Source: Lytechinus pictus (taxonomy: Eukaryota). Taken from it: DNA of 64,000 nucleotides. The translations under genes and the position numbers were made by a program. Positions 51,601-64,000 of this stretch are shown here, piece after piece (within the stretch, counting starts at the first letter, position 1; the number at the start of each line of letters is the position of its first letter). The notes under the pieces are model-generated. The model was not told the DNA's origin. It saw nothing but the letters and a program-made list of their open reading frames with translations, and searched no databases. The stretch lies in assembly GCF_037042905.1 (NCBI RefSeq), contig NC_087247.1:67456001-67520000 (forward strand), read 5' to 3'.

Positions 51601-52982
51601 TTGGAATATATTTTGTGACTGTAACCCGAGTGGGGTTAACTTATTTATGATGACCAGGTAAAAGATGAGATAGGCACACTCTAATTCAAGGTTTTGGGGT
51701 TTTCGTTATTGCTCTCTCCTAATGTATCCTGTAACTATTTGTAGAAATGTATTTTCTTATGTGTTGTTAATTCTATTCATTTGATCCTATTGTTTTGTTT
51801 TACCGTACATGGAAGATACTTCTCACTCATTCATGGACATTGACACTTTTAAACTGTGAAGAACATATAAGCTATGGTGACTGGTATGGAGATTGTCATG
51901 TTTTATATCATGATAGTGAATCAATCTTCTCAAATTGGTGAATAGTCAAGGCCATTCTCCAAGCAATTATATTTTTATTTCTCTATAGTAACATGTAGAG
52001 TCTAGTAGGTATTTTTGTAGATTTTTCTTGATTTTTCTTATATCTCTGTGTAAGAAGAATAAATTTATTATTTGTGCTTTCTATTGTTGAAATGACACTT
52101 CATATCTTTCAGATAAAAGATGGCTAGATCTTTCAAACCATGTAATAATGTCCATGTTTCAATATTTAACAGCATTCACCTGAAGAATTACATTCTAAAA
52201 TGGCTCTCAACAAATTATTTAATGTAAAGCAATCATGAAATTTATTAGAAGATGAGTTTTATAATATTCACAAAAGTTAGTTTATTTGTCAGATCTTCAA
52301 ATGGTCTCTAGAAAGCAGTTGCCAAACATCTTAGAACATCTCTCTCAAGGAAATACATGTATAGGTTAGCATAATATCCATGCAAAATGCATTTTCTCAT
52401 GTACGGTTGGTTGAATAATGAAATAATTTCCTTCATCACAGTGCAGTAATTTTCATTTGTTTCTGTACCGCATCAAGGCTCAGTACTTAAAAATCTACTG
52501 CATCCACACCCACCCCCCCCCCAAAAAAAAAGATAAATGGTCATTATTTGTTGTTTCAACACTGATTTCTGATTTCTGTTGAAATTAATGCCAATTATTA
52601 ATGTTATCTACTGATATGAAAAATCCTGTACAAGAGAATTGTCTTCAGCTTTGGTGAGCCTGTATTCTATCATAACTATTCCTCCTGTTAATTAAAAGTA
52701 ATATGATTTTTTTTGTTTCTTTTGTTTTTATAGTCTTTAAGAAGAATCTGTCTGTTTGGTATCAACCCAGCATCTTTCAAATGTATATATGCTTCTCGTT
52801 TAGGAAATAAATGTGCCATCTCTTTTTACCTACCCAGAATGCTTGACATTGTTTGATTTCATCTCAATGATTCATTTCATCTCAATAAGAGAGAAGTTGT
52901 CTGTTAATACTAAAGGGGAAAAAAATGCTATAAATTCTCTGTACCTTTTCTGCAAATATTGTATATTGAGCATCAAAATATT

Positions 52983-53466
52983 GGGTTACACTTCGTAATT
53001 CCGAAGGTTCTTTATTCCGACGGTTCGTAATTCCGAAACACGTAAATTGCCTATACCTCGATGTTCGTTAATCCGAAAACGTAAAAGGGTTCGTTAATCC
53101 GAACATTTGTGGCGTTATTCCGAAGGTTCGATAATCCGAAAACGAAATAAGGTTCGATGTTCCGAAGGTTCGTCAATCCGAAAACGAAATAAGGTTCGTT
53201 GTTCCGAAGGTTCGTTAGTCCGAAAACATAATAAGGTTCTTTAATCATTAGTTTTCGGACTAACGAACCTTCGGAATTACGAACCTCATTTCGTTTTTGG
53301 ATTAACGAACTTTCGGAATTGCAAACCTCACTTCGTTTTCGGACTAACGAACCTTCGGAATTACGAACTTTATTTTGTTTTCGGACTAACGAACCTTCTG
53401 AATAACGAACCTTCGGAATATCTGAACCTTCGGAATAACGAAGCTTCGGAATTACGAATGTATGCG
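52983..53466. mobile_element. Foldback-type element built from modular ccgaaggttcgtt(a/g)(a/t)tccgaa repeats
   Basis: The left half carries the repeats on + and the right half their reverse complement, with the axis near 53245. Terminal tacacttcgtaattccgaag / cttcggaattacgaatgta. Confidence 0.85.
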
Positions 53467-53798
53467 AAATATTGATAGGGTATGGGAGCAGAGTTGTGGA
53501 GAGATTATATTCCACTTACCAAAAAGTATTAAACTTAACATTTGCTGTTATTAAATTAAAAACAAGTGTTAGAGATCGTGGGATTATGGGCTGAGAGTGG
53601 AAATGAAAGTGTGCAAGACTAAGGACAAAATATAAGACAGAGACAGATCAAGAAAGAAGGAGAGAGAGAGATGGAAAGTAAAATGAGATATGGATGGTGA
53701 GAAAGTAAAGTAAGATAAAGGGAGAATAAATGGAGCAATAATCATAAAGGATATATAATATATAAAGAAATGATTAAACGAGAGGGTTGTTTCATTTA

Positions 53799-54075
53799 TA
53801 CCTCAGTCACATATGCTGCGGCTGCTGTAGAATCGAAAATTTCTATGGTGAGTAGCAATTCTACGGTCGCTGCAGAATTTCCATGGCTACTCACTGTAGC
53901 AGTCACATATGTTAGGGTTGCCGCACGGCGTATTTTTTAATTCATGGTGACAGAAATCTGCGTAGAAATGAAAAAATGTTCAACTCTGCGCTATAATTCT
54001 ACAGCCACCCTTACGGCCTGTAAAAATTAGGAATCCGCTGTATGTCAATCCTGTAAAGCAAATGTGACTGAGGTA
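53799..54075. mobile_element. PIF/Harbinger-like MITE
   Basis: TIRs tacctcagtcacat(a/t)tgct / agcaaatgtgactgaggta, with tta/ttg flanks. Confidence 0.78.
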
Positions 54076-56394
54076 TTGTTGATAAATTCACAATTTGAAA
54101 TTGTAAGCTAGATTTCCAACTGCAAATTAAAATTTTGTTTTCCATATTAGTTCCATTCTTCTTTTACAATATTCCAAGGGCTCTGCTGCCTATCTCAATC
54201 ATAAATTAAAACAAAGTAACCAGTATTATATATGCAACAGAGTACTAAGAAGTGTTCCATCAACAATTTATAATATTTAATATCAATTATGATTTTATGT
54301 AAAAAAAATTGAAAACACTGCCGTACAATTTAACACACAGATTATTCTCAAATTTTACTCAACAAAATAGTTCACATGTTACAATTATACAATACAGTTT
54401 GTGTTATACACAAATATGATTACATTATCAAATAAAATTTCCAAAATATTCAATATAGATCAAGAGCTTGAACTAGGGAAATCCTTAATTCATCCAAAAA
54501 CAAAACTATAATGTTAACCACACAAATCTTTGCATAAAACTTTACTTCTATATTTATATTTAAAAAAAAAGATAATGCCCAAGTTCTATTTAAAAATACG
54601 TAAAGATATATTTTTAAAATTTTGATAGATAAATTGCACAATGCACACAAACACACACTTGATAATTTAACGTAAGGGGAAAATAATGCCACATTAGCAC
54701 ACTTATGGGGAAATATATACTTGTATGTTCTTTGTATTGTTAATAAGCAGTCGAACAATTCATTATTTGGCAGGAGACTCAAAACTGTTTTTCATTCTTT
54801 GTTTATTTATTTTTATTCCTCCCAGTCCCATCAATTACAAAAAGTTGACATCCTTGAGTGTGGTGTTACTAAAAATATTTCAAATTTCATTTCCTTAGAG
54901 AACTGGTTATGCCACCCAGTATATTTCTATTCATGGACTGAGCATCATAAAAATAATGTGGTCACATCTGTGGTAAATAGCATCTCATAATTCTATCATT
55001 TCAACTGAAGATAATTGCGAATGTAGAAGAAAACTTTGAACTGAGGCAACTATCATATGGAACATAATATCAAACAGATAACGAAAAATATCAACAAAAC
55101 AATCATACAACATGCAGAAAACAAAAATGTCACTATATTTTAAAACTATTTTAACTTCAATATCTTTACTAATTGAGATTATATATGTGTACTTCCTCCA
55201 CAAGCATGCCCAAAGTTGGAACGAAAATAAAACCCAATAAAGCTATGCACCCACATACTTTTAATAAGGTAAAGAAATTATTTGACAAGCTTTGATAAAT
55301 TTTTTGTTTCTGAGTGTATGAGCAAAAGTGTACCACTCACCCAAATATAGTTTCATTTTGTCATACATTCAACATTATGAGCTATTATACTTTCAACTAC
55401 AGGTACACTTTCAACCAACATATTACAAATATGTAATAGGCCTACTGGAACACTCTAGAATACCTGTAGAAGTCGGGAATTTTGTTTGGAATAGGCACAC
55501 TCCATACTTTAATTAAACACACATGTACATTTAGTGTACACATACTATTGGATATTTTAAAGTAATAGAAAATATAAATCAGTAAAGATACAATATACTA
55601 TAAAAAAAAAATATGAGTTTCCATCATCACTGCATAAAAAGACCCCCCCCCCCCCGATTGCTATCGAAAAACAGTTATTTTCAAATACTGAAACATATTG
55701 CATTAATATTTCCAATTTTAATAAAGCTATGCATTAAATAACCATCTCTGGACGGTGTGTGCACTCAAGACATCACTATTATTGTCATTATTATTTAAAA
55801 ACCCTGAAACTAACAAATGGATGAAAATTCACATGCTGTTGCATGAATTTGTGATTAGATATTGTAAGATGAAAAATTAAAACAAATATTTAACTACTTT
55901 CCATGGATATTATAATTATAAATATTTATATTGGTTTGTTCAAATTAAATCTCATATTAGTAGGTTAACACCATTGATGCTTTTTTTTTCAAAAATCACA
56001 AAGAAATTGAGAGAACTGTTATGAGAACTGGATGTTAAAATAGAATGATGCTGTTTTCATATATTATTTGTATTATTTGTAAATTTTTCCTATGGACATT
56101 GCACCATTCAGATTGTTATCCTTGAAATACAATTAATGTTTATTTCAATTTCAGATTCAAATTTGGTTGTTTTTAACAAAAATTTAACAATAGATTTAAA
56201 CTTAGTGGTACATGAACATGAGTTTCCTATTCCATACCTACTAGTTCATTCAAACATGGAACCATTGCTATTTAACATTGAGTCTTATTTCAAATTGCAA
56301 ATTTTACTACTTTCTAAAATAATTTTAACACAGTTAAACAGTAAGGCCAATTTCTATGAACCCTGTTTCTCATATGAATTAGATCACCTCCATA

Positions 56395-56806
56395 CCCAGG
56401 GGGGGCAGTCAAATATATTGCTGTAAACACGCATGACCAAAAAACGTGTTTAAAAGGGTGTTTTTTCAGTTTTGGACGCGGGCCGCGCGTGCACTCGTTA
56501 AGAGTATCAAAAACACTGATTTTTTTTAAAAAGGGGTAGTTTTGAAAGACAGGTCAATGGTCAATCGCAGGGTCAAACGTATTTAGGGTATTTTTTTCCA
56601 AAGCTTTTTTTAAGACTAGCCAAATGTGTGTTTAGGGTGTGTTTTTTTTCCCAAAGCTTTTTCCCCGGTGTCACATTCTGGCGACAACTTGTTTAGGGGG
56701 TTATTTTGCACACAGAGAAAAACTCATTTAGGGGGTGTTTGGAAATAATTTGGCCATGCGTGTGTACAGCAATACATTTGTGAACCCCCCCCCCCCCCCC
56801 CCCGGG
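56395..56806. mobile_element. Non-autonomous TIR element with CCC..GGG ends in the PEMT 3' UTR
   Basis: TIRs cccaggggggg..caaatatattgctgtaaacacgcatgaccaa / ttggccatgcgtgtgtacagcaatacatttg..ccccccggg. Flanks cctccata / cctccatg give an 8-bp duplication with 1 mismatch. Confidence 0.85.
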
Positions 56807-56822
56807 CCTCCATGAAGGTCCT

Positions 56823-56958
56823 CTACTTCTCTTTGTCTATATTTTGATTTAATTTGTCATCATAAATCATAGCAGTAAAAGGCTCTTCAATGTGTAGAGC
56901 TATGATATACATCCCACCAATCATAGCAGACAATAACATACCAGTTGGACTTGCTTTC
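56823..56958 (-). CDS. PEMT: PEMT-family terminal exon (V)KASPTGMLLSAMIGGMYIIALHIEEPFTAMIYDDKLNQNIDKEK*
   Basis: cccttgtacag| acceptor. ASPTG and EEPFTA.IY motifs are present, and the TAG stop is at 56825-56823. Confidence 0.95.
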
Positions 56959-57398
56959 CTGTACAAGGGATGAAAAAATGCATTGTTATCCTAGAAAGAA
57001 TTGAATATCAACTTCAAAATCTACTCCACAAACATGCTGCTCATGAACAGTATTTAGAATATATGAAACTGAAACTTGAAACTCTGAACTTGGAAGATTT
57101 CATGACATTTTCTCCTTTTTCAACAAGGAAATTATCTGAATACTTTTACTCAACAACACTGAAGTCTTTTTTTTTTACTGTAGAGGCTTGTATAAGTGAA
57201 TGCCACTGACAACTGGATAATTGTTTAAATCAAATTAATTCAAAAGATAGAAATGTACAAACACACACTTAATAGAGTCTTTTTGTCAACATTGAACACA
57301 ACTTTTTATATTGCATGTATCAGAAAACTTATTCTTCAATGTTTCTGAGTGCCAAATATGAATTATAATCTTCTTCAAGATTGACAAAAATTACTTAC

Positions 57399-57510
57399 AC
57401 AAGTGTTGCCCCAATATACTCTAGTGTAGAGCCAAGATACATGGGATTGTTGAAGATATTGAATGGGAAACATGTAACACGGTCTTCCATCAGAATATCA
57501 AAACAATCAG
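57399..57510 (-). CDS. PEMT: PEMT-family exon (A)DCFDILMEDRVTCFPFNIFNNPMYLGSTLEYIGATL
   Basis: tttctttacctgtaaag| acceptor and |gtaagt donor, 112 nt, phase 1-2. RVT.FPFN...NPMY.GST is the PEMT/Opi3 signature. Confidence 0.95.
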
Positions 57511-57624
57511 CTTTACAGGTAAAGAAAAAAAAAGGAAATCTTCATAAATAACATTTATATACTGACATGTGTCCCAAGTTCTTATATATAGATTAACATA
57601 CATGTATATATTATGTCAACTTCA

Positions 57625-58008
57625 AGTTAATTAACTCAGTTGTGGTAACGATCTCAGAATCCAATATAATGACCACCCAAGTGTCTGTTTGTATGAATAA
57701 AAAATATGTGCCAAAGGATTCTGGAAGAAATTGTGTAATTGCTGAGAAATAAGCAAAATGAGCGCGGATTCTGGCACTTCCATCGGGTCTTTATTCCAGC
57801 AATTATAATATACACTGTCCCACGTGTGCCTATCTGTGTTGGCGATCTTCAGTGTGATCGTTTTTCAGCTTAGATTTTATGATTTCACAAAGATCAGTTT
57901 ATGTAACTGTACCAGATCTAGATCCACGATGATATAGTAATACTTAACCTCGGTTTTACAAACTTTCTCAGGAAATCAGTGTTTTACTGCAACTACTTTT
58001 ATTTAGCT
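57625..58008. mobile_element. Same family as 3048-3435, copy 2, in a PEMT intron
   Basis: Shared ~350 bp core (gaatccaatataa...tactgcaactac). Right end is tagct|ttaa; left boundary is approximate. Confidence 0.75.
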
Positions 58009-59400
58009 TTAAGACTTCTTTTATCAAAGGATTGCGATGGAATATACAAGTACTGGTATGCTCATTTTTGTACTCTGCTACCATCCACTCCCATTTTGAA
58101 ATATCTCATTTTAAGTTATTTGTATAAAGAATAACTCCCTTTCATCATAAGTTATGTAATCATACACACAATGACTCAGAGCTGACCCCATTTTGAATTC
58201 TAGGAAAAGAATAATAATATTTTTGAGATTTCATCTTATTATAATTAAAATGGAAAGTGACCTCAACATGCAGCATGCGTTATGAATATCTTTTTATTAG
58301 TGAATAAACATTAAACTTCTAAATGCTATACCTTTCTTTAATAATAACCTATTCAATGATTTTGACTGTTATATTTATTTTACTGTTTCTAATCTGATTT
58401 AATAATACACAATTTACTGGTGTCACTTGTCAATGACATTGACCCTATATACTGCATGTCTCATTTTGAATCAAAGTATTATCTTCACAAAATGCATACA
58501 TCTGTATCCTACATGAACTGATTACATGAACTAATCTGATTACTTAGCATGAACAAATATTTATACAGATAAGCTGGTATATATCACCCTATAAAAAATC
58601 CAATTGTTTTTCTAATTACTTCAATTGTTAAGTAGATCTATAACCACTTTGTAGATTTTTGTCATCGATAATATTCAGAGGCATCTGATGATCAAAGGGA
58701 TGCGGATTATGTGATATCTCACACAAACTGATAAAGGTTGTCTCTGATTACTAGATTGGTTACAAGTCACCTTCTCACTGGTTTAGATTCATGTTCACAT
58801 CAAAACCCAAAAAAGCATATCAGGGGGATGTTTCGCAGAGAAATTAAGTGTGAATTTCAGACTCAAAGTCGTGCTTAAAAATCAAGTGTAAATTAATGTC
58901 ATGCTTCAACATCAACATGATCATGACATTAAGCACAAGATCTCATTGATGACTAAGCATAATCTGACCAATGCCATGAATGTGGTAAATTCGTATGCTA
59001 CTAAATTTAAGATGGGAGAGAGACACGAAGCTGGACTTTCTGGGAGAAGCCTTCCCCCTTTTAAGTGATAAACCTATGGATTTTTGGTACATATTTTGTT
59101 TTTTAATTGTACTTTAACTGGTCAGATTATTTTGAAGAAATTACTTACTTTTTTAATAGAGAGAGAGAGACAGACAGACAAATTTTTTGTGAGATAAAAC
59201 TAACCCATTTCCTGTCCCCCTAATTTATAAAAATTCTTATATATAGGCCTATAAGGACAGCTTAAAAAGGGGGAAATGATTATGAAAGACAACTGAGCTA
59301 CAGTTTATTTGGAAGTTAAAAATATCTGTTTTGTTTTAAAGGTCATAGACTGGGAGAGACCATGTATAAGAATGTCTTGAGTTTGCCAACTGTGACTTAC

Positions 59401-59546
59401 CAAAACCATATCCATAGAAATTGAGAGCAATAACAGCTGAAGTAGCCATGATAATTCCAGAGACTGTCAGAGTTTGTCCAATCATCTTTACTATTATATG
59501 ATCCAAAAGGGGCCATGATTCTTGACCTGCCACTGCCCAGTAGAAA
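59401..59546 (-). CDS. PEMT: PEMT-family exon FYWAVAGQESWPLLDHIIVKMIGQTLTVSGIIMATSAVIALNFYGYGF
   Basis: gtttag| acceptor and G|gtaagt donor, 146 nt, phase 2-1. Inside ORF 59336..59593 and collinear with PEMT FTQAMLSQP...ALGFAGTFL. Confidence 0.9.
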
Positions 59547-60153
59547 CTAAACCAAGAATAAACATTTATTAATCTAAATAAGATATAATCCAATTCTCAA
59601 AATAAATACCTTAAAGCCCTACAAGTTTTTATCTCTGATAATTAATGTATGTTCCTTGTAATTGATCAGCTAAGGGAGAATTGTTACTCCTTTAATGGTG
59701 ACATTATAAGTAATCTTGACAATAATGAACGGTGCATTTATATCAAATATACACAAACAGGTAAAGTACACAAATTCCTGCTTCAACAAAATTAGGAGAT
59801 TTACATAAAACCACTTTAATTCATTTCTGTCAGCTACAAAAAATGATTTTTTTTCTTTCCCTATGTATTAAATGTTTTCTTTTTATCAAATATTCTATTC
59901 TTTACCACCCATGTTTCAATACTGTACTCTGCTTATGTCGTCCTTCTATCCGTTGATTAACTGCCTAAATCAAAGCATTTGAGAACAGAATCACCCGGGT
60001 ATGCAAAACATATTACCAACATATTTGCCCAAGTCTAATAGATTTCAACAGCCCCAAGAGATTTGACTTAAGCAGTACCAGTTTAATTCCCCACAAAACA
60101 AAATTGAAGCAGCAATGGTAAAGAGAAACAATATTAGTATGAACGATTCTTAC

Positions 60154-60269
60154 GTGTAAAACCTGAATAGAGCTAAGATAGCAATAACCCCACAGAAGAG
60201 GGAACAGGCTACTTTCTTGGATCCAAATAGATTTGTTAGAAACCTTGTTTGATACTCATAGCGAGAAAC
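60154..60269 (-). CDS. PEMT: PEMT-family methyltransferase exon VSRYEYQTRFLTNLFGSKKVACSLFCGVIAILALFRFY(T)
   Basis: Minus-strand ctctttaccag| acceptor and |gtaaga donor, 116 nt, phase 0-2. Aligns by eye with human PEMT [25 protein letters not shown]. Confidence 0.9.
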
Positions 60270-61625
60270 CTGGTAAAGAGAAAAACAGTTAACCATTCTT
60301 AGTTATAACTCAATAGGAGAAAAATATAGCATTTTTAACAAATAATATTGTTTTTAATCTCTTGAATTCACACTTTTTCTTAAAGATATAACCTTATTTC
60401 AATTGGACAAATTGAGTTCTTGAATTTGAAAATTTTGCATTACTTTTTTGTGTGAAACAATTGTATATACATGCAATAAGTGGATGTCACAACCTCAATG
60501 ATTTTTCCTTTTCTAATTTCATCCAATGAATGATCTCACTTCTCATACACATGTAGAAAATATATTTCCCTTTTGACAAGCAGAAAACAAGGATTGTAAT
60601 TTCATAAACCAGTTATGAATTAAAAAAAAAAAGGAGATGACATCAGATCTCTTGTGGTATATCAAAGACATGCATAAAACTATTAAAATTGTATATATTG
60701 AAAAAATGCAAAATACGAAAATGCTATAACCTAGTTGTTTTTCATTCAATTCCGATTGAATATTCATTGTTTTGCTTGTTGTATTAATTCTATCTATTGA
60801 GATCTTATTTTCATCCTGGAGTAAACCTATTATAGTTTTTAAAAGGGTTTATGTGCAATACAGGCTCTATCATAGTTGCATCAGCAATTATTTATTTTTA
60901 TCATAACTGCAAGGAGTTGCTCTCAGAGCTCCTACTATAGGGGGTCAGCAACCCCATCCAAACCCCTCATGATTTTTAAAGAAAGAGAGAAAATGAAAAG
61001 ATTGCAAAAAAAGAATCAAGAAAGAAGAGTATCAAAAAGAGGTCAATTGAAGAGGAAAAAATGATGTCACCTTATGTTTATATTATATCCTGGCCCCATC
61101 CTTATTGCTCTATATGACCTTTTACCCAACATTCTTGAAATAAACAAACATTGAAAAGTATTTTTTTATGATTTTCTTCTCATCCACCTTAACAACCATT
61201 AACCCTTACTGTAGTGAGCTATACCCTCCCCTTCCCAAAGATCTCAACTGTGTTCAAAATGAAAATTGGCGTGTATGTTTAATACCCACAATGTAATCTC
61301 CAAAATCAAAATAAAAGAATATGAATCTTAATTTTTTTTTCTCTACAATCATAATTTGGCATCAATTCTTTTAATAAAGGAGCATAACTGCTTATTTGGG
61401 TTGTTTGTAGGATTTTGATCAAATTAAATTGAAAATAATCAGTAAAAATTTTCAAAAACGTGTTCCATTATGATTGAAAGTAATTGATAATATAGTCACA
61501 TTTTATTATTTCCATGCTTATTTTTCAAATTTCAAAACATTATCCAAAAAATTCATGAGAAAAATTATGAAAAATATATTTGTTAATAGCTTTTTTTATA
61601 GGATTTTTCTCAATGAATCATTATA

Positions 61626-62295
61626 CATTACGAAAATACACCGTTTGGGGTTTCACCGCTGTTGGGGTCGCAAACTGCGGTAATAGACCCCATTTTTCGT
61701 TTGAAACTCTCATTTCTCATTTGAACATTTCCAAGCCCCGATAAACCCATCTTGGCCAGGTAATCTCCGTTGTCTCAATTTCACCTCCACTGGCCAGTAA
61801 AGCCAAGGACGAAATGATAAACAACAGCTGTGCTATTACGTAAGACTTCTCTGCCTGAAGAAGGAACTTCGGAATTAAATTATTGTCTTCGATATTTAAT
61901 CACGTTTTCAAAGGCATATTGTATTCAGACATCCAATATTAGTCCTTTTTCAATTTCGAACGAAGAAAATCGACCTCGAAATAAGGAAAATAAGCGAATA
62001 AAAATTAGGTTATGCTTTGCATGCAGGGACTGCCCTTAAAGCGCTGCGCACACGATGCATTCACCGCGTGTATACACGGAACTCCATAGCAGGCTCTTAG
62101 ACACGTTGCAATCCATCGTGTGTGACCCCCTGCTGTGCTGGGCTGTCGCGTTATCTTCAGACCGAGGTCAAGAAACAGGTGTTTTGATACTTAAATTTCT
62201 TGCTTGGGGGCAGTTCGGGATTATAGTGGTTGGAGAAGAGAATTGGTGAAAACGATCTGGGGTATAGCCTTCTCAAACGGAGGTATTTCGTCATG
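61626..62295. mobile_element. Probable interspersed DNA element with a CpG-rich core; boundaries uncertain
   Basis: Imperfect inverted pair cattacgaaaatacaccgttt / aaacggaggtatttcgtcatg, with CpG enrichment over the flanks. Confidence 0.45.
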
Positions 62296-62539
62296 ATCAG
62301 CATTAAATAAAATGATTTGCATATCAACAGTAAATAAAATTTGTATTTGATTTGTACATGAAATAATATTTTCAAGCATTTTTTATAGCAATGTGCAATT
62401 CTGAACGTCACAAAGACAGCGTGTCCCACAAAAATGTCAATGACACTTTAAATGATAATGATGTGAAAATTACTAAATCATACTGTATATAATTTTATCG
62501 CAAACTAGCATTTATTTTATACAATTGGCCGACATTAAT

Positions 62540-62900
62540 TTTTTCTAACCCCCTTTTCTTTTATCTTGTCTGGCATTACATATATACTCGTCAATAATGT
62601 TTGTTGAATGTGTTTTTATTGAATATCAATTACATGTAATTGTATATAACGGAATGTGCATTCCTTTTTTAATGGTTTTTCTGTGAGGACTCGCATGCCT
62701 CTGGGCAATAGTACTGAATTTTACTTTTGCGAGTCCTCGCCCATGGAAAAACCATTTTCTTACTCTCTTCTTCTTTTCTTTCATTTTTACTTATGCCCTA
62801 TTTATATTTAATTAATCAATTTCAAATTGTATTTTGTCTTTACATTGTACAATTTCTGCATGTTTTTATGACCTAATAAATTATAGTAATAATAAATAAA
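62540..62900 (+). mobile_element. Probable 3' end of a non-LTR retrotransposon (stem-loop plus AATAAA-rich tail)
   Basis: Hairpin aatggtttttc..gaggactcgca / tgcgagtcctc..gaaaaaccatt at 62671-62756, then a T-rich stretch and aataaa repeats. No ORF remnant recognised. Confidence 0.45.
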
Positions 62901-64000
62901 TACTAATATAAAAAAAGGTTTTAAGAAAATTAGCATATCTTTAATCAAACATAAAAATCATACTAAACAATAACTACAACAAAATGAATTAAAACACTTT
63001 TCAATCAATGATTTCATCTTGAAAAATTTCTGTATTTTTTTCATCTACTTTGTATACATCATTTTCATTTATCCTTTTCATAAGCATTAACATGTTGAAA
63101 GATTCCTTTTCTGTACAAAACTCTGACCTAGGTGATCTGCCTTCATATTGATTCCTGTCAAAGCGCAGGCATGTCTGCAGTCTATGCATGTTCAGCCATG
63201 TGGAGAACAGACAATTCTTATCCCGACTACACATACTACTTAAACTTAGATGGAGAGGTTTCCTGATGTGTAATGAAATAATGTTCATATCACATAAAAT
63301 TTCATCTAGTTGTAAAGAAATAATCGTAGTTTACTCATTTTAATATCATACCCATCTAGAGCTAGAGTGCCATTAACATATTTGTGGGACACGTTGTATG
63401 GTCTTAAAAGATGCTCTTCTTGGATAAAATGCAATGTCAACTTCTTTGGGAGTAGTGGATAATCTGGATATATCACATAAATATTGAGAAGGGGTGGGGC
63501 CCCACCCCCATCCCTCTTCCAGTAAAGTTAGGGTTAGCTCCATTAAAGACATTATTTTTAAATAAAATGGAAAATATAGTATATTTGTGTGACAAGGGAC
63601 ACAGTAAACAGAATACATTTCCAATGAGTAAAATTCTTCATATTGTTTTAATAAAAAATATTACAAATATGATGATTAACATATTTTAATCATAAAAAAT
63701 GCTTTCTCAATGTAAATTCCATACAAAATATCAGACAGTGGTTTTCTTCCTAACTTGTTCATTCACTAAAATTGCCCTTGTTGTACACTTTATCATGTTA
63801 TTCCAATGAATTTCATTTTCTAGTAAAACCAGACATTTCCAAGGTTTTCAAAACAGATCAAAGTTGATTTAAAATATAAGTACATTTCAATCACAAGTTT
63901 GTTACCAACATTTTCAAACTCTGAATAATAATAACATATTTTTTCAGGGTAAATGTACAGCATATATAAAATTTAGTCTGTGTAGAAAATGCAAACTTTG

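Noticed and set aside
52983-53466. CRISPR-like repeat array
   Set aside because: Eukaryotic context, degenerate repeats in two orientations, no unique spacers and no cas genes.
53051-53515. 154-aa repetitive ORF on the minus strand
   Set aside because: It is a translation of the modular foldback repeat, with no splice or homology support.
63001-63288. ORF 63001..63288 (or exon 63128-63262) as the missing first PEMT exon
   Set aside because: It has no FNP..WN-like motif. The open frame ends in phase 2 while exon 60269 starts in phase 0, and the compatible frame contains stops. The N-terminal exon probably lies beyond 64000.

Overview
AT-rich, intron-rich animal genomic DNA. The repeat landscape and gene structure suggest an invertebrate deuterostome, probably a sea urchin (inference). 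Most ORFs in the supplied track are noise; the real genes are spliced. (1) + strand, about 1.2-48.5 kb: the 3' part of a class I bHLH E-protein gene (TCF12/HEB-TCF4/E2-2-TCF3/daughterless family). Nine exons from 11172 to the stop at 48537 join in phase: IYS..NPSTPVGSP, HLHSL, RLDDAI, bHLH and [18 protein letters not shown] blocks. There is also a candidate HEBAlt-like alternative start exon (1202-1333), two candidate phase-0 micro-exons, a symmetric 90-nt Gly-rich exon just before the bHLH, and overlapping splice donors that could switch the C-terminus. (2) - strand, 56823-60269: four exons of a convergent phosphatidylethanolamine N-methyltransferase (PEMT/Opi3 family) gene, only one of which shows in the ORF track. 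Its conserved GT(F/Y)LGDYFG block is degenerate (GYGFADCFD), and its N-terminal exon was not found in the window. The introns hold many non-autonomous DNA transposons, a tRNA-derived SINE and a probable LINE 3' end. Notable structures are a SINE whose 13-bp target-site duplication also encloses a ~250-bp inverted copy of neighbouring DNA, a ~5.5-kb nested inverted arrangement of MITEs, and a near-perfect intronic hairpin. All calls were made by eye; no database search was run.
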